This document shows positions 23,401 to 38,600 of a stretch of DNA of 64,000 bases, piece by piece. Every line of letters begins with the position of its first letter. Positions within the stretch are counted from its first letter, which is position 1. This stretch comes from Octopus sinensis (taxonomy: Eukaryota): contig NC_043000.1 in NCBI RefSeq assembly GCF_006345805.1, forward strand, positions 97,898,001 through 97,962,000. The letters run 5' to 3'. The position numbers were made by a program, and so were the translations under genes. The notes beneath the pieces are model-generated. The model did not search any database. It worked only from the letters and a program-made list of their open reading frames with translations, and was not told the DNA's origin.

Positions 23401-24260
23401 CTAGTGGGACTCGTGAATATTTCACAGAATTAATGGTAAACCTATTGGGTTATTTTTGAAAACTTTATCCAAAAATCCTGAAAGCATAGCCTGTATTGTG
23501 TCTGTATGGAAAGATAGTTGCTTGTCTGTTACTTATTGAAAAGTGAAAGAAATGATGGTTACAACGATTACTTGATGCACTTTATATATACAATTTTATA
23601 GACTTTAATATACAGCACTCATAAAATAAACATTTTTTCATTTTCCCCATAAACAAAAAAAAATATCCTATACATATGATACAACCTTTAGTTAAATTGC
23701 ATATATCTGTCATGTAAATAAGTGTGAATATTTCACAGAATTGCACTTGTGCACACGTGTTAAGTGATAGGTGATATAAAAAACTTAGTTCAATTTTAAA
23801 AAATTACACTTTTCACTATGCACTCAGCACCAACACCATCACCACCTCCATTTCCACCATCACCACCTCTCTCTCTCTCTCTCTCCCTGCTCTTCTTTAA
23901 CCTCACCATCAGAATATCACCCCTCTGCTAAAACTATATTTTTAACTCTCCTCCATAACATTACTTTCAAACTAACTTTTTTAACCACGTAATAAATATT
24001 GTTCCCCCTACCTCATGTTATGGATGCTTCTCTCTTTACCTTTATCTCACCTTCTTTTTCTTTGTCCCTCTTTCTGTCTCAGTCTTCATCTTATCCTCTT
24101 TTTCTTTCTCTTCAACTAATCGTATGAAAGTGTTACAATTACATTCTCTTACCTCATGCTTCTCTCTCTCTCTCTTTTCTTTCTCCCTTTATTTTTCTAA
24201 TCATGTGGAAGCTTTACCAATGGGCTAAGTAATGTAATGACAAGCAGAATTATTATATGA
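23401..24260 (-). mobile_element. Non-autonomous Helitron-like element
   Basis: On the minus strand it starts A|TCATATAATAATTCTGC and ends with an imperfect hairpin (GTGAAATATTCAC core) a few nt before CTAG|T. It sits between A and T with no TSD and has a CT-rich low-complexity interior. Confidence 0.7.
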
Positions 24261-27200
24261 TGGTATCACAGTCTGGGGCAGATTAGCAAAAGGAATAGAT
24301 GAGTATAGTGGTTGTTTGAGGCAGCTGGCCACCAAGTTAGGAATTGATGCAAACTATTGGGCTAGACCAGGGTTTCCCAAAGTGGCATTTGATAGAACTG
24401 TGCAGGGGATAAAAAAAAAATGGCTAGGAGTCAAGAGAAGGGTTTAGGAGTTGAAAAGAGTTTAAATGTTTAAATTTTTAAGTAGTTAGTTGTATACAAT
24501 CCATGCCTCCATGATGCTGGCAAGCTGCCAAAGCCAGTCATAAAGGCACAGACATAGCAGAAATCATTTCCATAATTTGGCAGCTTTCCCCCCATCTAGA
24601 ATATATGTAGAAAGTGGAGAAATTTTTCAGAATTTCTTCACTTATGGTTCTTATTTTTTTTACTGATATATTTAATATTTCAAAACTATAATATTTCTTG
24701 GCTCTTTCACTGGAGGATGGCCACTAGTTGAAACTTGAGCCGCTGGGTATGAGATAAATCAAAATTCATATATTTCTTTTATTCTTCCCCTTGGTTGTTG
24801 ATTTGCAAATGTACATTGTTTGTATTACCAAATCTATATATCTATGTATGTTCTTTTGGTTTTATTTTTTGAAATTTCCCACCAATAAAGAATGGGACAA
24901 TTTCCAATCCAGAAATGAGGCTCTTTCTTTGGAATTTGAGCAACATCAATTTGGTAGTTATGTATGTGTGTGCATGTCATTGCATGTCTGACTGTACTTA
25001 TTATTTATTAACTGAATATACTGTACCTGATGACGTGCTGTTCTTTTATTAATAAATTACAAATGAACTAGTTTTATTTGAAAGTTACAGCACTATAATA
25101 TTTAGTCTTTATTCAGGTATTACATAATGAAAAGGCAATTTATTTTAAAAGAAATAGAGAGGAACTTACTGGAAGATTATGCCAATTTGTTAACCTCGGA
25201 GTTTAGTAAAATAAATTTAAAAGTAGATTTTGCTATGTATGCATTCATAAAATGATCGATTTCAGTTTTTATTAGTGCTAAATTATAATGTACCAACGTT
25301 TCAAGTGATAAATATTGAATGTATATATGCATGTGTCATAAAAATTGGTAATTTAATGACTTTTCAAATTCTCTTCACCATTTTTATTATTTAAAATTGG
25401 TTATGAATGATGGTAAATTGGTTTTATGAATGAACATGCTGTGTAAACAACCTTGGGAATGCATGCTTCTAAACTTAGAAATTGCTTTACAGAGTGTGTA
25501 GTTGGGTGGATGTCAGTGAAGGCACTCTTAGCTAGGAAACCCTTGTTTGAAACTGTTCAACTAATAGTGGCTAGACATACTTGACCATATAGGTGATGGG
25601 ACCCACTGTGGAATTGCTTAGACACACTTGCTATCACTTTTTCTTCATAGAGTGTACTGGGTGTCTTCTACATCTCACCAGCATGGGTGCTTGATGAGAA
25701 ATGCAACAGGTCAAAATCAAGGCCTGTTAATTGACAGATGAACCCTAAGTTGGGTCAGCAACTATTTAGCAATGGTGCATGGGAACTTAAGAAAAGCTCA
25801 AAATAGGGAATAAGCATGCTGTAAATTTATAGAGTGATAGCTAGTCCTGTGCTCTTTAGCCATAGTGAAAACAACTTGTAAAGACAAAGGTAAATCAAGC
25901 TTATATAATCTTTGATCTACAACCATTTGTAGCATTGGTATCTTCCTCATCAGTGATTTTTACATATGGCTATTTAAGGCTGTGTGGTGTTCTGCAAGCC
26001 AATATGAGCTTAGATCTTATCCATGCACAAGCTTTTTTATTTCATATACATGCTCCATGTAATTGTGTTCAAGTGTTTTATAATTATCTGACAATGTCTT
26101 TTGAGAAATGTATTCTACTATGTATTTAATGCACTCTTTTGATGATAGATTTTAGTTAATATAATGTAGTAATTTTAAAATACAAAAACCACTATCAACT
26201 TCATGCAGGACATATATGTGTATATACACGAGTGTACATATGCCCATCTGTGTATGATGCAAATATATAGTGATGTAATTAGTCAATTTAGTTTCGTTTA
26301 TGAAGTGAATGAAGTTGTACATTTATGTCTATGTGTATTTCTGTCTAAAATATCCTTTCACATAATACATGCTTATTACATAAATTTTGAATCAGGAACA
26401 AAGTTAGTTAATAGTTCATTCATGACCATGTAAGTGCTTGCCTGATGTAACAGTTTTAGATGAAAGGTTACTACTATTGTTTTGTTCTATATTTTTTTAC
26501 ACAGAAATTAATATTCTGGCTACTAGCTATATTAATACCCTGTTACACATTATTACATTATCATGCATGCAGCCATTGCGTGTTTAATATCTTGCCCTCT
26601 TATTGTTTAGCCTCTTTCACTGTGTGTGTGTAGTATAGAATGGAATAAAATATGAAACTTTTAATGCAGGCTTCTTAGAAGATAAAGATATGTTTTTGTT
26701 GTTTGTTTCATTTACTTATTCATTTCTGAAAAGTTGATTAAATTTTATCAAAAATTTTGAAATAGAACAAATGAAAATTTGAAATAACAGAAAAAGGTAC
26801 TCTAAATTTTGTTCATATGATTATGTATATATATATCCTTCCACTACTTCTTTCTTGCATTTAACTTTCTAAAACAGAAATTCAGTTTCAAATGTCAAAG
26901 GTACTTTCTCTTCAAATCTTTCATTGAGCATTAAGCTAATAACTTCACTTTTTACGTTTGTTGTGCTTGTCGTTATCATTATCATAAATTTTAAACAGTC
27001 TCCACTCTTCAAACACACACATATATGAAGTAGAAATAAATGTGCTCTTTTCTTTCTATTTAAAAATAAAAATTAACTTTACTTTCCTTTCCCTATCACA
27101 AATTTCACTTCAAGAATAATTGCACAATCAGCTTTGGAAAAAAAAGTATATATTGGATTATGTAATTCAAAGTTCATGCCTTTGATCATAGATCATGTTG

Positions 27201-27667
27201 ATCAAATTTGGTTTTACACATCATCATCATTTAAACTTCTGTTTTCCGTGCTGACATGACTTGGATGGTTTGACTGGAGTTGGCAATCCAGAAGACTATA
27301 CCAGGCTTCACTGACAGTTTTGGTATGGTTTTTTTTATAACTGGATGGTCTTCTTAATCTCAACCACTTTACAGAATGGATTGATTGAGTGCTTTTTACA
27401 CAGTACCAGCATCAATGAGGTCTGTTTTACACAGTTTTTATAGCTAGATGCCCTTCCTAATGCCAACCACCTTACAGAGTGGACTGGATTCTTTTTATAT
27501 GGCACCAAAACCAGTGGGATCTGTTTTGGCATAGTTTTTATAGCTGGATGCCCTTCCAAATACCAACCACTTTATAGTGTGGATGGGGTGCTTTTTACAT
27601 GGCACCAGCACTGGTGGGGGTCACCAAGTAACTCACAAAACAAAGATCCTTTGTGGGGTGGCATGGG

Positions 27668-28110
27668 AGGAGGTGGCCTTGTACCAGGTGATCCTTAAGT
27701 GAATTTCTGAGAGCTTTGCTTTAACAAAAATAGTCAACAAAAACTGAGTTTCATGTTGTGAGCTAATATGTATGTAAGACAATGTGAATGACCCATTTGG
27801 TGTAAATGCCATACAAAACAGCGCATGGTATCAGTGGTTGTGTCCTATCACTGACACAGTAGGTACTGCAATTTGACCACCAAAAGCAGCAGGAGGTGGC
27901 CTTGTACCAGGTGATCCTTAAGTGAATTTCTGAGAGCTTTGCTTTAACAAAAATAGTCAACAAAAACTGAGTTTCATGTTGTAAGCTAATATGTATGTAA
28001 GACAATGTGAATGACCCATTTGGTGTAAATGCCATACAAAACAGCGCATGGTATCAGTGGTTGTGTCCTATCACTGACACAGTAGGTACTGCAATTTGAC
28101 CACCAAAAGC
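27668..28110. repeat. Tandem direct duplication of 220 bp with a 3-bp spacer (AGC)
   Basis: AGGAGGTGGCCTTGTACC...CACCAAAAGC at 27668-27887 and 27891-28110. I saw one substitution (GTGAGC vs GTAAGC). Confidence 0.95.
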
Positions 28111-29667
28111 TGTTTTGTGATCTCAAGTTGTCATGTTCTAGTGTCTACTTTGGCATGGTTTCTATGGCTAGATGCTCTCCCTAATGCCAACCACTGTATA
28201 GTATGTACCAGGTGCTTTTTTTTCTGTCACCAGCACTAGTGAGGTTGTCATGAAGTTTGCATGACTAGGAACTCTGAAAGGATAACTATATGCTAGGAGA
28301 TGAGAGGCAAAATTTGGGTAAAAGTATGTGATAGTGGCCAGAGCAGAACCAGTTTCTTGTTGAGGAGCTGCAGGTCAACAAGTGGAACAGTTGTTCAATC
28401 AGTGAATTGCTTTTCCATTTTATTAGCATATAGGTGGGAGAATATTCAACATACTAGTAGACTTTATGTGATTCCTAAACAGAATCAGTGTGGCATGGTT
28501 GGACTTAAAAATTTCAAGTACAATCCATCCAACAAGCTTCCACACAGATAAACCCATCCCAATTTCATCAGAAAGTATGAATAAACCTGAGGTTGTGGTA
28601 AAAGTTACTTACCCAAAATATCATGCAGTGTGATTGAACCTACGAACCATTGATTGCAAAGTGAACTTCTTAACCATTTGACTATGATATGTCCATAAAA
28701 GAGTAGCTGATAGTAAATCAGTTTGGTGATATTTTGTATTGTATTTTGTTTCATTATTGTTGCATTCATTATTATTGCCATCATCTTTATCTCCTTTATT
28801 ATCATCATCCTATTTTACTTTCACTATCTAACCTTGTTTCCATGCACTTATAATTCAAAAGTTAAACCTCTATAAATTAGATTTTGTGACATTGATTCAA
28901 ACTTCCTTAACCAATCTATCTCTCTCTTCCCTTTTCTAAATATTTTTCCTGAAATTTGCGCTACTACTATTTTGCATGTTTTAAACCAACCTATATGGAA
29001 TATTGTACAATATCCCATGTCCATATTGTATATAGCTTGGGTTAAATTAATTTAGAAGTAAACCAAAAAGTAAATGTAATAGTTGTTAATTAGTAATTAT
29101 AAATATCTTCTTATAGATAATTGGCTATTTTAATAGAAACTGTGTTTACAGGCTAATATTTGAAATAGATGTGCATAGACTGTCAATTTGTATTCTACAG
29201 TTTTATATATATTCACATTTAAATTGGTATTTGCAAAATGTTTTTAAATATATACTTTGGTGTGTGTGTGTGCGCACACATATGTGACTTGCAAAAACAG
29301 CATTTATTAACCATTAATGTTGATAGCATTTATACAATGTCTCGTCTCAAAATACATATAAATTCAGCCATATTGCACGCATTAAAATCAAATCATATTG
29401 TCAAAGACATTTTACCCACTCAATCTGGGGAAGATATTATGATGAGAAAGTCAATGGGATGAATTAAAAATGCATGATTGGGACTTGTAGCAACTCAACT
29501 CTGTCAGCGTATTGCTGATTTAAATTCAGTTTATCAGATTGCCTATAACATGTACAGATTTTGTTCTCCTTTCTTTTCCTGTTTCCACTATTAATTTCTC
29601 TATCTTGTCTTGTTTGTCTCCAAGTGATGTCATTCCGATGTAAAGATAGCTCTCTATTTCTCTCTCT

Positions 29668-29668
29668 G

Positions 29669-29726
<58 letters not shown>

Positions 29727-29730
29727 CATC

Positions 29731-29763
<33 letters not shown>

Positions 29764-29772
29764 TATATATAT
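29668..29772. repeat. Compound (TCTA)n-(TA)n microsatellite
   Basis: Read directly from the sequence. Confidence 0.9.
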
Positions 29773-32700
29773 ACACACCTCTTTCTTTATCTCTCAAATG
29801 TTGAAGATTAATTAATCTTAAAGTAGATTGCCTTATCTAAATGAAGTGTAAGCAATTCATAACAAATATGTTTTTGATAATACTTACATGTGTAATACTG
29901 TGTGTATGTGTGTATGTGAACACATTCATCTATACTGACAAGCATACATTTTCATTAAATATAATTTATTCTTGAAATTAATTAATGAAATATGAATAGA
30001 TACTGTTAATCTATTTGTTTAAACATGATGATTTCAAGTAGAATTGACATAATTTTCATTGCACCAAGAATATTTTAATTATCACTGCTGGAAAAGTGCA
30101 GTAGCTTAGCATTTGGGGTTATAACCTACAGGTATTACACGTTATTATATTGCATTGTGGCAGAAACTACATTAACCCATTTAGGTCAGTCAATCTAGAT
30201 GAGAAATCAGCACTGCTTTCACTTCATGAGTCAACAGTAGAAGCATAGAGGAAAATAGCCTGTGAACCTTATATCTAGTAATCATATGTATACACATGCA
30301 CACAAGTGGGAAATAACGTTTTGTAATGCATGTCATATATATCAGGTTCATATTGTACAAGCTTGATCCTACTGTGCAGTGTCTTCTCCCATAGCCAATA
30401 TTAACTCGAGCCTTGTAATACAGATTGTATGAAAGCCTATCAATTGGATTGTGCCTTCAATGGATGGGGAAGTTGGCTGTTATCTTTAACAACTTAAGTA
30501 ATCATGTCAAGGCTTGATGTTTTATTGTATCATACAGTTTTAAGGGCATTTAATTTTTTTTCTTTTTTCCGTTTAGCTGCCTTGAAAGATGCAGTTTTAG
30601 GAAGTTGGTAGATATGGGATTGATAATTGTTGCTGATATTTTTTTATGGAGTCAATGAACAGAAATTGCCCATGACCATTTTTGCAGGCTTTCAGTGTCT
30701 GGCTGGGCAAAGGAAGGAATAAACCCAGTCCAAATGTTTGCAATAGAATGCAACTTTCCTTTTAAGACAATAAAGTGTGATATGAAGAAAATTTAAGCTC
30801 TCTTTCTAGCAGGTTGAGAAACTGTGTAGGGGCTGTGTAAGTATGCCATCTTATCCTTCATTGATGTGAGGAAATATCTTGATCAAGAATGTAGATGACA
30901 AAGCAGATTTTGAGATTTTTACTGAACAGAATATAAAAGCAAAAAATCAATAATAAGTCCTTGATGAAAAGTTAAAAGTCAAGGAAATAACAGTTCTCTA
31001 GAAATAATTGAATAGATTGAGTATGGATAAGATAGGATAGCAAAGATGACACTTGAAGATAATGTAGTCAGAAAGAAGCTACTAGTTAAGCTTATGATAT
31101 AAGCTGGTTATCTGACAATACCAAATGTTAATGTCATTCATGATTATAAGTTACTATGAACTTGAGATGACTGCTTGCAAATATTTGAATACAATTTTCG
31201 ACAGAGGTATATCTAAGTTTATCAACTTATTTTACTTTTATAATAGAGAGTTGTTGATTAATCCCAAGTCACGCCTGATCAAGCTGACTTTCTATTAGAT
31301 GCATTCCTGTTGTAACCATCCTGTCTTATTACATTTTCATTTAAGATATGGCATCTCGATGAACTACATTAAATTTCTTTAAAGATACTTTTGTAATCTG
31401 AAGGGAATTTGGCTGTTATTTATAGTAGGTCAAGGGACTATAAGGAGATGCTATGACTGGTTTAATAATGGGGTGTTTCTTTGTTGTTGCTTTAATGTTC
31501 ATTGCTGCTAAACCCTGGATATCCATCCAGGATATGCTTGTAGTTTATTGATCTATCAAATTATGCATTCTTCATTAAGTCCCAGTCCTGTAATATAATT
31601 TGTGAGCAAGTTTGTGTGGGTTTAGGTTTAGATACCCTAACTGTATTGAAGGCTATATTAAAATTAGCTCCTGTTATTTACTTAAATTTGCCAGCACTGA
31701 TATTTGGTAGAAAAATCAACAACACTGCAGAATATCAAAATAGATATATTATTGTGACTAATTTAGTGTAATGATTGCTCTGAAGTCAAATCCTTGTTTT
31801 ACTTAGTGTTCTCAATGTAAATCATGTTGAGGTCAACTTTTTATGCTTTTCATAAGGTGTCTGAAATCTATAGAAATGAAGGTTTTGGGGAAGACTTTGT
31901 TTTCCTTTCTCTGAAATAAGTAAGTAATGGTTACATTATGTTGTCAATCCATTCAACTGCACTCTTTCTATAACTGTACCTAATGGAAAGATGTCTATAA
32001 TTGATGGAAGCCCACCCTCTGCTATACTATTCCTCTACTATTTTAATTCCATATACAGAATGTAAAAGTAATGAATTCATATGTCAAGTGCATTACAAGA
32101 CAAGTATTGACAAGCTACATTGTATGACATAGCAATTCTCTGATGAATGATGGATGTTAACATTCTTTACATAGGAGAATCTACAAAAGTGTTTGATGAA
32201 ATCTGTTATTTCAGAAATATAATTAGCGTTACTATGATAAGGAGTGCTGTTTATCTGAAGAGATGTATGTTAGACATATCACTCATTCCAAACTGGTTTT
32301 GAGAAATTAGCAATAGAATCTTCTGAACTACTGTATTTGCAATGGAAAGAGATAAAGGCTATATGAAATAATATATAAATTGACAGAATACAAAAGTGTT
32401 TTCCAAAACAGAAATGAAATATAGAGATTTTGTTTTTACCAACAATTTTTAAAATTGGAATCAGTTTGTCTTATTAGATAAGAAAGAAACGAGTAAGGAA
32501 ATGTCACGGCTGTTTTGAAATTATCATTTGTATTTTAATTTTGAAATAAACTGAGAAAAATTTCCTATCAGCAATTAGACCACTTGGAAACTGATTCCTA
32601 AATGTTAAATAACTATGAGGAGATTTTCAAAAATAATTTTCATCAAATCAATGTATTTTTGTTGAACTGTATTTATTTATGTATGTATGCATGTATTGCA

Positions 32701-33265
32701 TGGGTGCTATCAGGGCAGAGCCATGGTCATGTGGCTAAGAAGTTTATTTCACAATCACAGGTTTTGAGTTCAATCTTACTGTACAGAACTTTGGGCTAGT
32801 CTCTAATAGATTTTGTTTGACTTCTACATTATGAATAAAGTTGAGTAGATACAAACTGCAGAAGTGCATTGTATCTGCTGTGCCTAATAAGTTTTAGTTT
32901 CTTCCCTCTTTCTTCTATCACTCTTGAAGATTCTAAAAGGATAATGAGCTTTACTCTATCACCCCTATTTGAATTATAACCTGTTGTATTGTTTGTGTAC
33001 CCCTAAAGACTGATGTTTTATTTTTTTTAATGCAATCATACATGTGATCTATTGCTTTTTTAAATGCAGTAGAAATTGAACTTACAAATTTCGCAATAAG
33101 CAAGCAATCATATTTTTTATATCACACAATGAACCACAGTACGTTTAGTTTACCTGCCATCATTGAAAGACATTCAAAACACTTCTCAAATTCTATACAA
33201 TATTTTCTATAAGTATTTCATTTTGCTCACTTTCTTTTTCATATGAATCGACCCTCATATTTATT

Positions 33266-33635
33266 AAGGTGGTGAACTGGCAGAATTGTTAGCAGGCCAG
33301 GCAAAATGCTTAGCAGCGTTTCATCCAGTAGAGTATTGGGTTGATGTTATCGACTTAACCCCTCCCCTAAATTTCAGGCCCTGTGCCTATAGTAGAAAGG
33401 ATTATTACTATTTAGGTAGCGAGTTGGGAGAATCGTTAGCATGTCAGACAAAATGCATCGTGGATTTTCTCCCAGATTTACATTTTGAGTTCAAATTCCA
33501 CCAAGGTCAACTTTGCCTTTCATCCTTTCAGGTCAATAAAATAAATAACAGTCAAGTAGTAGAGTCAATGTAATCAACTATTCTCCTCCCTAAAAATTTC
33601 AGGCCTTGTGCCTATAGTAGAAAGAATTATTATTA
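33266..33635 (+). mobile_element. Two head-to-tail family-A SINE copies
   Basis: Two ...GGCAGAAT(C/T)GTTAGCA-like heads, each ending CCTATAGTAGAAAG plus ATT repeats. Confidence 0.8.
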
Positions 33636-35608
33636 TGTCTAATGTTGAGATATTGACTTGTATTGATTGCTACTTGTAGTTATCCAAATAATTAGTCTAA
33701 AAAAAATGCATTTCATTTAATTAAATAGTTATTAGTTAATCAAGATTAGCACTGATTTCTGTTCATAATATTCTATTATCAGCAATTATGGCATTTGTTT
33801 ATAAGATTGAAATATCCACTTGACATAACATTATTATGAACAAAATTTACTGGAATTTTATGTTCTACATTTTGTATAATTTTCTGCATATGATAAAGTG
33901 AGCCAAAAAAAAGTTGGTTGGAAATCTTACCTTATACTTGATGTAAAAGCATTTTAAAATATATTCAAATCTCTATTGTTTATACTTTTTGTTCTTTTTA
34001 TCATCACTCTAAGCTTTTACTAACATGTTGTGTGTGTGTGTATCATCAACAAACATCATCTTTTAACATCCCTTTTCCATGCTGACATGGCTGGGATGAT
34101 TTGAAGGAAACCAACAGATCCAAAGACTGCATCATGCTCCAGTGTTTGTTTTGACATACTTCCCACAGCTAGATGCCCTTCTTAACACCAATTTTTCATA
34201 GCACCAGCACTATTGAGCTTGCTGTGCAGCTTACAAGGCCCATTCCCCCTTCGGTTGAGTGGGACTACAGTAGAGAGGGAGGTGACTTTATACTAGATGA
34301 GTGGTTAAATATGGAAGAAAGAACCAAAACAGGTTTCTTCTTGCAGAGGAGCAACATGGTCATTCACATTGTAGAAGAGAGGATGGGAGTGACCCTGGTG
34401 GAACTAGAGAGATAAAATAGTGGTAATGAGATGTCAGGGTGGACCCCGAAGATATGAGGTGAGCAGAAGTGAATGGGAATAGAACAGGGGAGTGCAGGTG
34501 GGTTGAAGTTGCAAGAGTGTAGAGGGGAGTGAGGGCTAGTTAGAGAGGGGAATGATGATAGGTTAACATAATGAATGAAGACAGGTTCTACTTTCATATC
34601 CCATGACTAGGCCTCTTGTAGTAAACTGCTTATTCTTCTTGCTTGTGGTCAATAGTTTTCCTCCTCCACTTGTAAACTCAATTGTTTTTCCCTGCTGATG
34701 GTGTTTGTGTTCTCTTATTCCGGAGTGAGAGTGTTGTGAACACTTTGTTATAGTGCCACTTGTATTGCACCCTGATATGATGTGTCCTATGATACCATAC
34801 CTTCCTGCCATAACACTGTCTCAAGTGTTATGGTATAAATCTTAAAGGTTTTTAAGTGTTATACAATCTCTGATGATTTGATAATGTAATATGCTGATAC
34901 AGTTTTCCTGATATAACTGATATTATATATGGTATTATTATTATCTATGGCTATGACAGAAGACGCTCACTCAAGCTGCATTGTACTGGGATTGACCCCC
35001 TGAACTACATGATTGTGAAATGCCTCAACTTCATGACTGCACTCACATATAGATAATGAATTTGCTACTTTTCTGTTTAAAGAGTTTTATAGTAAACAAA
35101 ACCCAGAGTCTGAGGAAACTAATAATGGCCTGTGTCTGTAAAAGTTGTTTAGTAAACTTTGCAAATTGACATATGCAAATTTACAAACATTACTCTGTGC
35201 TTTTGTGTGTGCTTAATAGCTACATGGATTAGTTGTTGTAGATACTATGCTACCTACCATTTCATTAGCTGCAAACTGGAATTAATAAGTTATATCACTG
35301 ACAAAAGGATATGACAAGACAGTTTATATGTGAGTTGTAACCATTATGTATGCTACAGACTGCTGTACACTTGCGTGTGTGAGAGAGAGAAAGAGGTTAT
35401 CTCATCAAAATGATTTACTGTTGTAATAGCTATATGTCATAACCTGTTATTTCGTTTCGAAACATTATCTTATCGACATTGGGGATTTAAAGTTTAGATA
35501 GTGATATGTCAAAGTTAATATAAATGCATCCAGATTTCATAGACTTGAAAAGGTTAAAATATGGTTGAATGATTTTTATCCTTCATCAAGTTTTGTCACT
35601 TTATGTAG

Positions 35609-35644
<36 letters not shown>

Positions 35645-38600
35645 CTTAGGTTAAAAAGTTTCTTTAAAATACTTTTTCCCTTTCCTTTTTTTTTTTCTGC
35701 ATCTCTTTAGTTTAGTGTACTTTGATATTGTATTATTAGAAACATTTCTACATTGTAAGTTTTGTTAGCATTCTCTGTTTGCTTTTTGCTGGTTTGGGTT
35801 AGTGAACCGCAGCCATGATGGACATAAAACTACTTAACTTTGGTATTGAGCTACATAACCTAGATGACACTTAACACAGCAAGATGTTTTCTTTTTTGCT
35901 TTGCACTGCATCAGTTTAGTTCACTTCATACTAATATGCATCCAATAGGCTTCTGCACTGTTTCCATCTACTAAAATATCAATTTTCATTCACAAAGCTT
36001 TGCTTGAGCAGTGGCTATAGTAGAAGACACTTGCTCAAATTCAAGTTGCATTGCAACGGGATTCATCCCTGAAATACTTGGTTATGAAACATACTTAACC
36101 CCATGGCTGTGTTTGCACCCATATGTAGATAAAATGAGTCTGCAACTTTTCTATTTTGTATTGAGTAGTCAACAAACAAGGTTAAAAGCTCATCAATGCT
36201 ACAGAGATATGGCTCCTTGGATGAATGCTGGCAATATACTGTAGAGAAACAAATGTGAATTTCTAAAATGAGCAGAAACCACCAGAAAACTTTTTATCAA
36301 CCCAAATCACAACTGAAAAACTAAAAGAAAAAAGAAGCTGGGGAAGACAGAGGGAGTAAATACTTGATGTCCTTATAGCTGGCTACAGGAAGGTCCGTAA
36401 TCTCATAATCTCAAGAGGGCCCATAATCTCAATGCTTGTAGGTATGGCAAAAGAAACTAGGTAGCCAGGAGAAATATCTCTGAAATACAAGTTCATTAGA
36501 AATTGATGAAAGAGAGGCAGTGGAAAGTTACTCTGATCTTTGATATTCATTGCGGTACCTCCAAACATGTTTCAATTTTATTAGGCCTCCTTAGCTAAAC
36601 ATAATCATACTTAACAGACTGAGAGAATATGCAGGTTTTGAAAGATAAAAGAAAAATTGCGATTAGGCAATCTAAAATTGACATGGAAAGATACTGTATA
36701 TATACAATGGTATCTTGTGCAGGAAAAACATATAGTTACTATAGTTACTAACATTGATACAAGTCTACATATTTTGAAGTGGGATATATTCAATTAAATT
36801 GGCTCTGATTAAATTGACTGGTGCTTTATTTTAGCATCTCTTTCCTGGAAGATGAAAGCCAAAGATGGTTTTAAAGTGATTTGAACTCAACCAATACTAA
36901 ATAACATAGAACATTTTGTGTGACACCTTAATAATTTTACCATATAAATACTAATGTAAGATACAGCTTCAAGTGTAAATTAATCTTGAAATTAGAACTT
37001 AATACTTCAAATTACCAAACCACTGACACTTGAATTTGTTTGCCAGGCACCACTAAAGTTTGCTACTGATAAGATGTGACTTGTCATTCGTTCAGCCAGT
37101 AGACTAATACTCTGTTAGATATAGCATCTGAACTCCTTCAAATCATACCTTTCTGTTTAAAAGAAATAGGATACATTGGCTAATGATGTCCTAGATATAC
37201 AAAAATAGTGGGATGTTAGGTTCACTTGATCAGAAATGACTTAGGCTAAATAACATAAACATTCACCAATGAGGAGCCAAGGAAGCCTCTATGCAGTTGC
37301 TGGAAATGCTAGAAGTAGCAATTAAATCTCCTGTTAAAATCACATCCGATAATCTTTTCTAAAAGGAAGGACATTTAGATAATGTAATCCAAAATACACA
37401 AACCCTTTAAAAACCCAGCTGGAATGTCTTTGATTACAAGTCTGTACAATTTAAGTTAAACGACTATAATTGCTTCATCATCATCATCATCTGCTTTCCA
37501 TGCTGGCATGAGTTGGATGGCTTGACAGGGACTGCACCTGGTTCCATAATCTGTTTTGGTTTCTACAACAGGATGCCCTTCCTAATGCCAACCACATTAC
37601 TGTGTGTACTGGGTGCTTTTTACCTGGCACCAGCACCCACATCAATGTTTATTATGTAGCACCTTGGTTTTAGAATATCAGTTCTGTTGTAGTATGCAAA
37701 ATTACTTATTGATGATATAACTTCTGCACAAATCAGTGAAGGAATGTCTCTGTAGTCACTCAAACTGCATGATATAGCAGTCACATCTTTTACAAATCAT
37801 CCCTTACTTGTGTTAAAGAAGTGTTCGCTATACATTTTAAAAACAACTCATGAGATGGTCGCAGTTTGAATACCTTTGATCAATCAGTTCTGACCTGGAC
37901 CTAATCAACTACAACAACAACAACCTTTCAACTATGAAATCTATTATGAATGTAAATGATCAATTAGAGGATAATAAAATCAATATGAATGTATTTTCTT
38001 TATATCTTTTTTTTTTTTTGTTTTCAGGCAACATAATAATATAAACATCATAACCCTCCTAAAGCTTGCCCATATACACATCTTTATTTCATTAATCAAA
38101 CAAATATAAATAAAACTAAAAAAATCAAGAAGATTAAATAAAATCTTATCCTAATTTATTGCATGAGCTATCTTGTTGATATTTTTCTCTCCCTTTGTTA
38201 TAGTGATTAGCATTTAATTCGACTGGGAGTTGATAAAAAAAAGTACCAATAATATACTGAGATGAGCAAATTGATCTCAACTAGTTTTACTTGAAGGAGA
38301 GAGGTGGGGATGAGATAAATAAATAAGTTATTTACTTAATTCCAACTTATCACTTTAACTAGAGCCAATTTTCTTTTTTGCTTCTCTTTTTATTCTCCTC
38401 TTTCCTCAAAAAATTCATCATTCTTACTTATTACATTTTCAGTTATGTATTATTATTTTTTTTTATTTATTTATCTATTTATGTTTTTTCCTTTTCTTAT
38501 TTCTTGCCAAAATTTTAACTAAATCTATGCAGTGGTAAAATAAAATCTAAAAAAAAAAAAAAAAAAATGAAATAATAAAAAAAAAAGTAAATCAGAAGAT

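Noticed and set aside
24710-24734. Hammerhead-like CTGGAGGATGGCCACTAGTTGAAAC
   Set aside because: The core box is altered, stem II is weak and stems I and III are not found. Too degenerate to call.
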